64,000 bases of DNA from Squalus acanthias (Eukaryota). This document shows, one piece after another, positions 47,765 to 58,268 of this stretch. The notes under the pieces are model-generated. The model was not told where the DNA came from and searched no databases. It saw only the letters and a program-made list of their open reading frames with translations. The DNA is taken from NCBI GenBank assembly GCA_030390025.1, contig CM059432.1, positions 64,668,001 to 64,732,000 of the forward strand, read 5' to 3'. The first letter of the stretch is position 1, and the number at the start of each line of letters is the position of its first letter. The position numbers and the translations under genes are program-made.

Positions 47765-49161
47765 ATTCTCTTTGCCAGAAAAGTAATGAGGTACAGCAAC
47801 TAAAGTAGCAACAAAGTTAGGATGAATAGGCAAAACTACCTCACAAAGCGTTGAGTCAATGTAGAAGTCTCTCTCTCTCTCTCTCCGAATCTCTCTCTCT
47901 CTCTCAGAACGAGTGGTGCATAAATGTCAACCACAGAAAAAGACAGGAAGAGGCCCCCTTTAAATAGCGCCCCCCCCAAGCCCCACACCGATTGATAGCG
48001 TTCCAGTCTTCCGGTCGTTGGAAGCGCCAGGCGGTAAGGCAGGGGGCGCCACTCAATTTCCGCTCCGGGGCGCCCCAAGGGCGTTGCACCATGGAATGAC
48101 GTCATAATCTGCGCGCGCAGGTGGTCGCAGCGGTAAGTTTTAGCGCCGCCGCACAATCTCAAGTTAAGTTCTCGAGCGGCGCAAACATCGCTGCGCCCGG
48201 GCGTTAGCGGCTTAACGCCCCATTAGCGCCCTCTTAAGGCGCTAATGGGAGGCGCAACCAACTGAATTTTTACCCCTTAACTTTTTGAAAAGTTAGCGCC
48301 CGGCGAAATCCAATGAAAAATTTTGCAAAATTGGGCGTTTTTGCCCCAGGAGTGAAGTGGGGCGGTAAATGAGGTGATAATGGTCTCAGTGGAGTGCTGC
48401 AGGGGCGCTATTGCCAGAGCGCTACCCAATTTTAGCTGACTTGCGTTCAGCAATCAGTCTTCAAGCCTTGACTCGAGCTTATTCCAGCTCTTAAAGGGGA
48501 GGTCATTTCAAGCTGCAGCTGCTCATTATCAGCATTGCTGCACTTGAGTGCGACCTCTCAGCTACTGAGACAGCTTTGTGCTATGGCTGCTGCAAGGGAG
48601 AGGGAGAGGGCTACTCGATTCAACGATGTGGAACTGGATATGTTCAGCAGCTTGTCTGACAATGCCTCAGCAGATTTATGGCCGACAAAAAAGTTTCCCC
48701 AAGATGGCGCCTTTAAATAGCGCGAGCGAAGCCGACTCCCGACTGCAACTCGACAGCAGCGCCAGGCGGTAAGTGAAGAAGCGTGGCCGAATTTTACATC
48801 CAGGGCACTAACAGGGCACTGTGCACGGCGATGACATCATCATCACCGGGCGCGGCCAAGCGGGGTGGTACCTACAGGAGCAGGGCGTCAACTCTTAGCT
48901 CCTCTGCAAAAACCCAGCCCAATTTAGCGCAGGGTGCTAATATTGCTGTGCCCGGGCAAAAATGCATTTGCGCTCTGTTAGCGCCCCATGGAGGTGCTAA
49001 CGACAGGTGCAAAGCAGCTGAATTTTGCGCCCCAAAACTCTGAATCTGAATCAGCATATTAACTTAATTAAATCAAAATTAGGGTGTTCATCCTCATAAA
49101 TTACTTCCAACTGGATAGAGAGCATTATGTGCTGTACTTTTTCACAGAATTATCTTGCCCA

Positions 49162-52100
49162 ACAGTAAGGGCTAATCACCTATGGGAGGCACATCAGGCA
49201 AGACCATGGCTGTATATTTACTCAGACGCCGTCCTTTTTCTTGCAGGCCAAGCTATCTCATAATAGGAGACAGCAGCAACGGACGGGTGGAGGGCGGCCT
49301 CAGCTGCAACCCCTCAGCGATTTTGAGGCGCTCGTCCACAGGATTGTGGCAAGCCGGGTGATCAGTCCCGTTGCCACTGGAGACGCCGACCCCGTTCTGG
49401 ACAGCAATGGTAAGGTCATCACCTTTTTGTCCTCTGTCCTTCCACTTGTCCCTCACAACACCAGCCTTTGACACTTTCAATCCAACTTACTAAATCGCTG
49501 CACTCATTCCTCCCTTACTGCCCCCCTGTCCTCACGCTAAAGCCACTCTTGAACCTCCCTGCTTTCAGATGGTGATTCACCAGCTGAGGAGACGGGCCCT
49601 CAAGCTGCCAGTGGGAGTGAAGCTGCAGGCGAGGAGGAAGATGAAGGCGGAGCATCAGCGCCACCCTCTCTTGAGGAAGCCCATGCCCACACTGGGAACA
49701 CGCCTTCCCTGAAGGGGAGCATGAAGGGTCTGATGAGGGTGAAGCTCCAGGACCCAGCGGGCTGCAGCAAAGCGATGGGGGTAGGGAAGCTCGGGGGCCT
49801 TCTCACCGGAGGAAGAGTATGCCAGCGAGTCCTGCTGCACTGGTCGCAGAGGAGGAGCGGCTCAGCGCTGAAATGAACACCCAGGCAGTGGACATGCACA
49901 CTCAGCTCATGGGTGCAGTGGGAAGGGTGCCCGAATGCATTCAATCACTGGCAAGGAGTGTGGAGCACTTCGCTGTAGCACAGGCGGATGCCACGCAAAT
50001 GTTTAGTGCTGCAATTCAGTCACTGGCTGTCATGACCCCATCTCTGACTGCTCTCATGCAGACTCAGATTGAGGCCACGCAAGCCCTGACTGCTGCCATC
50101 CTCGCTGGTTCGGACACATTTCCCCGGGGCTCTCACCGCGCCGCAGCAGGCCAGCAATCTGTGCTCCAGCAGATTGCTCCGGATGCTGAAGTGCTGCCCC
50201 GTGGGAGTGCCAGTGTGTCGGTCGAGCAGGGAGTTGCTGTCCTCTCTCAAGATGACAGCATTCCTGCTGCCACCACTGTCACTTCCCCATTGCACTTCCC
50301 ACCACCTGTAGCCCAGACTGCTGCCGCCCATGCAGAGTTGGTGCAGTCTGCAGCCAGGCCCTCCAGGCCCAGAGCTGGTCGAGGCCGTCCTTCAAGGGCA
50401 TCTGCAGTCTCAGGTTCTGACAATCAGCAGCCTTCCACCAGCCTTGCTGCAGCCACTGGGGTCCCATTACGGAGGAGCAGTAGGGTGGGAAGGGGGGACG
50501 TGCGAAAGGGAAGGAGATCACCCTCGAAGGGCAAAAAGTAGGAGGTGTGACAAAATGTTGGTCATTTTTTTATTAAAGGCCGAGGTTCGTGGTCAAACTT
50601 TTGTTTAGTGTTTTGGACATTATCTCCAGGTTGTGAGAACCAGTTATGTTAATGACTTTTTTTTTGTGTTTCTTTCTATTAGTTTGTCATCAGGAAATGA
50701 CACACACAGAGTTTGTAAAATAAATAAGTTTTTGTATTCAAAATGTACATGTTTGGTCTTTGGAATCATTGCTGCCTTGGCCGGCTTAGGGGTTGCGGGT
50801 TGGTTTCATTAATGTTGTTCTCAATGGCAGAAGCCATTTCCTCAGCAGGGGCCTAGAAGCGGCTTGCTATCAGCCGTTGACGGACGGCCCTTCCAGTTAC
50901 TACATTGTGGGCCTCCCTCCCGCCTTGGTGCTGCTGATGATCATCCTCCTCCTCTTCCTCTGGTGGTGCTCCAAGGCCTGGTGGCATTGGCTGGGTCCTG
51001 AGGATTGCCACGAAGTGGGAAACTCGCTCAGGCGAGTACTACAGGGCTCCTCCAGAATGGTCCAGACAGCGGAACCGTTGCTTGAGCACGCCGAGTGTGT
51101 GCTCAACGATGTTCCTGGTAGCTTGATGGCTCTTGTTGTACCGCAGCTCAGCAGGGGTGTTGGGCGTACGGAGCGGTGTCATCAGCCAGGTGCTCAGTGG
51201 ATATCCCTTGTCCCCGAGAAGCCAACCAACTGGCTGATGCGGTGCCTGGAAAAGTTCTGCCACAGTAGTCTGGCGCAGGATGAATGCAGCTGCCAGGATA
51301 GTGGGCATTGACAGCGAGTATCAGCTGTCTGTGGTCACAGACCAATTGAATGTTTAAGGAATGGAACCCCTTTCTGTTGCGGAAATCCTCGGCATTCTCA
51401 TGCGGAGCACGCAAAGCCACATGCGTGCAGTCAATGGCGCCCTGCACCATGGGGAAGCCCGCTATCCTAGCAAAGCCCATTGCGCGTTCTTGCTGCTTGT
51501 CTGGGGTCATGGGGAAAGAGATGTAATCTCATCTCCTTTTAAAGAGGGCATTTGTGACCTGACGGATGCAGCAATGCACCGCGAACTGGGAGATATTGGC
51601 GATGTCCCCAGTAGCTGATTGTAATGAGCCAGTGGCATAAAAGTTCAGAGCCACTGTGATCTTCACTGCCACCGACAGAGACGTCCTGGACCTCAGTTGA
51701 GGCTGCAGATCTGGCTGCAGCAGGTGGCAGCGCTCAGTGACTACCTCCTTGCTGAAGCGCATCCTTCGCAAACACTGCTCCTCAGACATATTAATATATG
51801 TGAATTGTTGGCGATATACCCTGGGAGGTATATCGCCCACAGTCCAAAAATGTGTGGGTTAGGTTGATTTGGCTATGATAAATTGACCCTTAGTGTTAGG
51901 GGGGGATTAAATATGTGGGGTTATGGGGATAGGATGGGATATGTTAGGGGGAATTAAATACGTGGGGTTACGGGGGTAGGGTGGGATATGTGTACTGTGG
52001 GGATTAAAGCAGGGACAGGGTACTGGATTTGGATGATCAGCCATGATCGTATTGAATGGTGGAGCAGGCTCGACGGGCCGAATGGCCTACTCCTGCTCCT

Positions 52101-52773
52101 AGATTCTATGTTTCTATGTTTCTATGAGGGTAAGGTCTCCTGTACAGACGCCTGTTGGCCCTCCTCCGTCTGGCAATGATTGCCACTCTCTCTCTTCGTC
52201 TCTGTGTCCTCCGATTCTGGTGGCGCAGGACGACGCCCCCAATCAGTGCAGCCCCCACAGTCTCTTGGCAATCAAAGTTATGAAGGTCAAAAACCAAAGT
52301 ACCTGCAAAGTTATGATCAGTAGCCAAAACTACCTCACACAGCGTTGACTCAATGCAGAAGTCTCTCTTTCTCTCTCTCGAAATCTCTCTCTCTCTCTCT
52401 CAGAACGAGTGGTGCAAAAATGTCAACCACAGAGAAAGACAGGAAGAGGCCCCCTTTAAATAGCGCCCCCCCCAGCCCCACAGCGACTGGGGAGCGTTCC
52501 AGTCTTCTGGTCGTTTGGTTGCACCAGGCGGAAAGGATGGGGGCGCCACTCAATTTCCGCTCCGGGGCGCCACAAGGGCGTTGCACCCTCGTATGACGTC
52601 AAGATCTGCGTGCGCAGGAGATCACGACGGTAAAGTTTAGCGCTGCCGCAAAATGTCTAGTTAATTTCGCAAGCGGCGCAAACATCGCTGTGCCCGGGCG
52701 CTAGTTGCTTTGCGCCCCATTAGCGCCCTCTTAAGGCGCTAACGGGAGGCGCAACCAACTGAATTTTTTCCCC
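49162..52773. mobile_element. Harbinger family B copy 3, lacking the Myb-side end
   Basis: Starts inside Myb intron 1. Myb exon 2 (49247-49409) and exon 3 (49569-50541) on +, disrupted transposase about 50853-52260 on -. Terminus GAATTTTTTCCCC followed by ATT. Confidence 0.93.
51831..52126 (+). mobile_element. 5'-truncated V-domain SINE (HE1-like) with CR1-type tail
   Basis: CCCACAGTCCAAA.ATGTG.GGGTTAGGT..AAATTG.CCCTTAGTGT V-domain end. Tail GGGCCGAATGGCCTACTCCTGCTCCT(TTCTATGT)n. Inserted in the transposase with a GAGG(G)TA duplication. Confidence 0.8.
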
Positions 52774-52789
52774 ATTGAGCTTTATGCAG

Positions 52790-53873
52790 GTTGCAAGATT
52801 TTGGACTAAACTCTGTATCCACTGTCACCTCATTGGAACAACCTCTCTTACCATTGACAGATTGCTTCTGTCATCTCAAGTTCACCTGCCATCTATTACA
52901 TCAGCATCGGTGCCTTAAAAATATCTCACCTTGGTCCTCAGAATCCCACCACTATCAGCCCCAACACCAGCAGCACCAACAACAACACCAACCTTCTCTG
53001 TAATCAACTGATGCTGCACAGGACACAGGGCATCAGCACCTGAGCACATTGCTGCCCGGGAGGCCAGGGATGGCCTCACCATAGCCAGATTTATTTCACT
53101 TGATGCCGTACACCCTGGCTGCCACATGATGTGCCAGGTTGGCACCGCCCCACACCAACACCATAAAGCATCCTTACAATGTCGAAGCCATTCCTTTCAC
53201 AACCACCACCATTGCGGGGAAAACTGTTTTGTCTCACCATTCACTGCAACTCACTAAAATCACTTCCCAAGGTGCACACAAATCGGTCCAAGAACGCAAA
53301 GGGTTGAAAATAAAGATTTCAATGTTTGACACCACATTAACAGAAACTTCACATGAACATTGGCTAAAACACACAAGTGTGTTGCTAGTTGGTATGATTG
53401 GACTAGGATGAGGGTGAGTGTGAGGGGTGGCTAGTGAGATGGGGTAGTGATAATGTAGATAGAGAGGGATGGGTGGAGGTGCAAGGTAAGTTGGTGTAAG
53501 GATGTGCAGGAGTAGGGTAGGAAAGGCAGAGTGATGGGGATGTGATGAGTGGCACAGCAGGATGAGGTTCAGTGTGGCTTTGCAGTAACGTTTCGTGATC
53601 TACTGAGATCATTGAAAGGTTTGCAGCCTGGTCCTCCTGACAACATCCCTGCTTGTGTTCTCCTGTGCAATGTGCAACCAGGCTGCGTTGATCTCCTGGA
53701 GAGGTCTCTTCTGTACATGTGAAGGGAAGAGGACCTCCTTGCGTTGGAGAGCCTGGGTGCAGCCGTGCACCTCTGTGCAGTGCTTGTCAGTGTTTGCACC
53801 TCAATGCTGCAGAACACTGACAGCACAAAATCAATTTGCATATGGTCCCTTTAAGGAGACCGGCTGATGACGA
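52790..53873 (-). mobile_element. Non-autonomous Harbinger derivative (family A)
   Basis: Reverse-complement homology to 2690-3760 and 14740-15890. Confidence 0.82.
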
Positions 53874-53996
53874 AAGGTCATCGACCTGAAACGTTAACTC
53901 TGTTTCTCTCTTCACAGATGCTGCCTGACCTGCTGAGTGTCTCCAGCATTTTCTGTTTTTATTTCAGATTTCCAGCATCTGCAGTATTTTCTTTTT
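53868..53996 (+). mobile_element. Penelope-like terminal repeat 3' part with partial hammerhead core
   Basis: TGACGA-A-AGGTC(ATC)GACCT-GAAACGTT followed by CAGATGCTGCCTGACCTGCTGAGT..CCAGCATTTTCTG. Confidence 0.65.
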
Positions 53997-53997
53997 G

Positions 53998-54280
53998 TAC
54001 CATGTTGACTCTGCCTGATTACCTTGAACTTTTCTAAGTGCCCTGCTATAACGTCTTTAATATACGCTTCTAACATCTGCCCTATGACAGATGTTAAGCT
54101 AACTGGCCTGTAGTTTCCTGCTTTCTGTCTCCCTCCCTTTTTGAATAAAGGAGTTACATTCGCTATTTTCCAATCTAATGGAACCTTCCCCGAATCTAGG
54201 GAATTTTGGAAAATTAAAACCAACGCATCAACTATTTCGCTCGCCACTTCTTTTAAGACCCTAGGATGAAGTCCACATGG
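53998..54280 (-). mobile_element. CR1 RT fragment
   Basis: LHPRVLKE..DWKIANVTPLFKKG..NYRPVSLTS..SQHG. Confidence 0.9.
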
Positions 54281-54284
54281 TAGG

Positions 54285-56067
54285 CACATGGGTGTTTGCC
54301 AAAATGTTAGTGTTAAGTTTCATCAGTTCTATTTATGATGCACATAAATTTATTTCTTTGCACTACTTTCCCGTCTTGTCCATGTTTGCCTGTTACCTGG
54401 GAAGTGGCCTTGTCACTTGGAGTGAATGGTGAGACATTACTTAACCTCGAGCAATGGGGGTTTGTTTGACAGGAATGGTTAGGTCGTTTTAGGACTGCTT
54501 TGTGATGTTGATGGGGGAGGTGAGGGGGAAGTTGGTACATCATCTGGGAGCCAGATGGGTGCACTGGTGCAACTTAACTAAATCGGGCCATTATGAGACC
54601 ATCCTGGGCCTCCTGGGCAGCAATGTGCACCACTGCTGGTGCCATCTCCACCTCAGGTTCCTCCTCCTCATCATGTTCCACCTGTTCCTCCTCCTCCTCC
54701 TCTGAAGAGGCTGTACGCTCTCTGCCTTGATGCTCCTGCAGCTCCAATCCTTGCTGCTGCACTATGTTGTACAGTGTGCAGCATACGATGATCATTCTCA
54801 AGATCCCGGCTGGTGCGTACTGAAGGGCTCCTCCAGATCTGTCAAGGCACCTGAAGTGCATCTTCAGCATGCCAATTGCTTGCTCGATGACACATCTGGT
54901 GGACTTGTGGCTGTCATTATAATGCTCCTCATTGTTTGGCCTCTTCAAGGGTGTCATCAGCCACGTTTTCAGTGAATAGCCTTTGTCTCCAAGCAGCCAG
55001 CCAGTAATCTGTTTGGAGGTGCGAACAGCTGAGGGAGGGTGGACTGACAGCTCCCTGGGAATCTGGCGCACACATGCATGATGATCTTTTTATGGTTGCA
55101 GACGAGCTGCACATTGAGGGAATGGACGTCCTTGCAGTTCACAAACACTCCTGGGTGATGTGGGGGTGCCTTGATCGCCACATATGTGCAGTCGATGATG
55201 CCCTGCACCTGTACGAAGCCAGCCATATCCACAAAGCTGAGCGCCCGCTCAGTAACACTGGCTTCATTAGTGGCAAAGTTTACATAAGTGACTGACTTGT
55301 GAAACATGGCATCGGTTACCTGGGTGATGCAGTTGTGGGCGGCCGACTGCAAGATGCTGCAAATGTCTGCTGCAGATCCCTGGAAGGATCCTGAGGCGAA
55401 GAAGTTGAGGATAGCGGTGACTTTGACAGTCACTGGTAAGGCGTGTCCACCAGGTCCTCTGGGCAGCAGGTCTTCTTCCAGCAAGCTACAAATATCTGCC
55501 ACAACCTGCCGAGATAGCCTGAGCCTCCTGAAGCAGTGCTGCTCAGTCATGTCCAGGAAGCTCATCCTCTGCCTGTATACCCTGTGTTGGGGGTATCACC
55601 TCCAGCATGGTGCACCCCTGTGTTGATCCCCTCTCTCCTGTGGAGCATCAGGTCAGTGAGGAGAAGGCTGCTGGTGTTGTTGTTGCTGCTGCTGCTGCTG
55701 GTGTGGCTGGTGTTGTTGGTGCTGGGGCTCATCTGGTCTGAATTTGAGGTCCAAGGTGAAACAGTGTAAGTGGTACCCATGCTGATCTGATAGATGCCAG
55801 GTAAAGTGGAGATCAGAGGCACAATGTAGTGAAAGTGACTTGCAACGTAGTGAGAGTGGCTTCCGAGGTTGCAGATATCACCTGCAAACTCCTGAAAGCA
55901 AAATCTCTGCAGAAAATGGTGTCAGCAAAAGCCTTTCCCTTAGGCAAGGAAGCAAGTTTAAGGTGTGTGTATTTATGTGCTTTTTCCAGCTGTCACTTAA
56001 TTTTAGCGCTTTTAACAGCGGACCCGCTCCCAAACCCACACACTCTGCAGTGTGAAAATTCCAGCCC
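54285..56067 (-). mobile_element. Harbinger fragment (same family as 7340-11092)
   Basis: Transposase relic plus terminus AAAATTCCAGCCC at 56055-56067. Confidence 0.88.
54574..55780 (-). pseudogene. Harbinger transposase with short Q/H-rich N-terminus, frameshifted
   Basis: MGTTYTVSPWTS, Q-rich tract, [51 protein letters not shown] and [17 protein letters not shown]. Confidence 0.92.
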
Positions 56068-56647
56068 ATAAGACTAGCATGTGCCCTGGAGTGGAAAGCA
56101 GGGACACCCTCCTCACTACTACCTCATTCTGTAAATCCACTTCAACCATCAACCAAGGTTGGAATTTTGCACCACTCCATTACTTGGCTCCAAAGTTGCC
56201 TTTCTGCAACAGGTGCCAGACATTGGATTTTATCAGGCACTTTTGTTATCCAAAGAGCCTTTGCATAGCTAAAATAGGCATAAAAAATATTATCAGCCTT
56301 TGTAATTGTTACCAACAATTTTATACGCATTTATGTGGCAACATCCTTATAAATGCACCCATCATTCCTTGTAAGTGGTCATTTTGATGAGCTCCAAATG
56401 CAGGCCATTGCTTGCCCACTCTATAAATGAAGGTGATTCTGCAAAATTAGTCAGGGTAAACACATTAATAATCAGGGTTCCTAATAACCCACAACTAATG
56501 CTTGAACAGAGGCAAGATTGGAAATTCTAACTTGGTATGGCAGCAAGATTCAAGACAAGTTGGTGTTTGAAACATTCAGTTTCTGAATGAGGGATTACAT
56601 ACTTTAACCTGGGACATTTTCCCTCACAATTACTTGTTAAAGACAAA

Positions 56648-57354
56648 GGGCTAGAAATTGTGCAATGCCCCGTGTGGGGCGATAACTTTTGCGGGCGCTA
56701 CACAATTGATTCCGGCGGGAACTTTCAGTTTAGCACTCCAAGAGGGAAGTAGAGCGCTAAATCAAGCGCTACCCCTTCCCTTAGAGCGCTAAAGGGAGTG
56801 AGAGGGGCGGAAGCGGCAGAGCGCTGTGCAATGTCCCGTGCAACGCTGCCGGTTTTACAGGCTCCTTCCCTCCCTTAAAGGGAAGGGCCAATGCTGCGGT
56901 CATTGAAGGCTAAGGCTGGGAATGGTCGTCGACGGCACCCGCGATACACGCATAGCAGCCCCAAGCATTCTAAGAGAGTGCAGGGCTGATCAATTGCGGG
57001 TTGGAAAAACATCAAAATACAGCATACTGGGAACATTATTAAATTTTGGCCTACTTGACCACCACTGTCTTTAATTAGCGCTCCCCAAGCGGCCAGCCGA
57101 GGTGACAACACCTCCTGCAGCTGCCGTTGTCGATGCCCGGCGATGCTGCAGGGGGCGGAAGCGAATTTTACATCCGGACGATAACGGGACGTTGCGCATC
57201 GGATGATGTCATGATCTCTGGGGCTCAGGAGGCGCTAACCCACCATGGAAGTTCACGGGCATTGGTAATATTGCTGCGCCCGGTCGGTAAGCCCTTAGCG
57301 CCCCGTTATTGCCCCCTGAAGGTGGGAGGTGCAAAGCAGACCAATTTCTCCTCC
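56648..57354. mobile_element. Harbinger-type MITE (family B-related)
   Basis: TIRs GGGCTAGAAATTG / CAATTTCTCCTCC. AAA duplicated at 56645-56647 and 57355-57357. Confidence 0.85.
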
Positions 57355-58268
57355 AAAATATATGAGGCTGGGGAGACCAGCTGCTGTACTTAGCAGCACT
57401 GTCTATTCAGGTCATTCATATCTTGAAGAGGATAGACAAAGGTTAAATGATACACAACAGAACATCTTAGGGTCACCTTTGATCAGGGCCGTTCATTGTT
57501 GCAGGGCAGGCAAGAGACCCAATGGCCTGCTCAGCGTGAAGCGCGGAGTATTTTAACCCCAGGTCCTCATTTAAAATTGTCTGCTCGGTCTCTGCCTGAA
57601 GACAGCGGGAATGACAGAAGAGCCAGTGGGCAGGAGTGGGATATCGGGCAGGAGGCCAATGCTGCCGGGGACCGAAGTGAATGGGTCCCAACATAAGGCT
57701 AGTACTGGGAATGGGAAGTCTCCAAAGAGCTGCTGGTGATGGGAGGAGAGGACCAAGGATTTCTTGCAGTGCCTGTAGGAGAACTCTTGCTCCTGCTGGC
57801 CCATAAGGAATCCTCCTAAAAAAATTTAAAGTATAAACCTTACTCTGGCCTTTTCTGGCCACTCTGCTGCCTCCCACCAGGTTTTGCTGATGGACTTGGT
57901 ATTCTGCAGGCCTCTCAGGATTTCAATTTAAAATGGAGTTGTGACGTGGATGACATCATTAGACAACGACATTTCCATGAAAAGAAAGCCCTTCTTACCT
58001 AATTAGTCGTAGCCAGAGAATCTCCTGCAAGGGCTTCTCTTCCTGTCCCCAGTTACCTCTGGAGTGCTCCAAGGTTCCATCCTTGGCGTCCTCCAATTTT
58101 TCATTTGCATGCTGCCCCCTTCGTGACATCATCCGAAAACATGACATCAATTTCCATATGTACGCTGATGACACCCAGCTCTACTTCACCATCTCTCTCA
58201 ACCCCTCCACTGCCTCTGTGTTGTCAGACTGTTTTTCCACCATCCAGTCCTGGATGAGCTGCAATTTC

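Larger units (their letters stand above)
44147..48276. mobile_element. Near-intact Harbinger transposon (family B copy 2, 4.1 kb)
   Basis: TIRs GGGGTAGAAATTAG / CTGAATTTTTACCCC. TTA duplicated at 44144-44146 and 48277-48279. Convergent Myb (+) and transposase (-) genes. Confidence 0.96.
44114..49033. mobile_element. Outer Harbinger-type non-autonomous element (44114-44146 plus 48277-49033)
   Basis: TIRs GGGCGCAAAATTC / GAATTTTGCGCCCC. Short Myb-like relic MAAARERERATRFNDVELDM at about 48583-48650. Confidence 0.8.
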
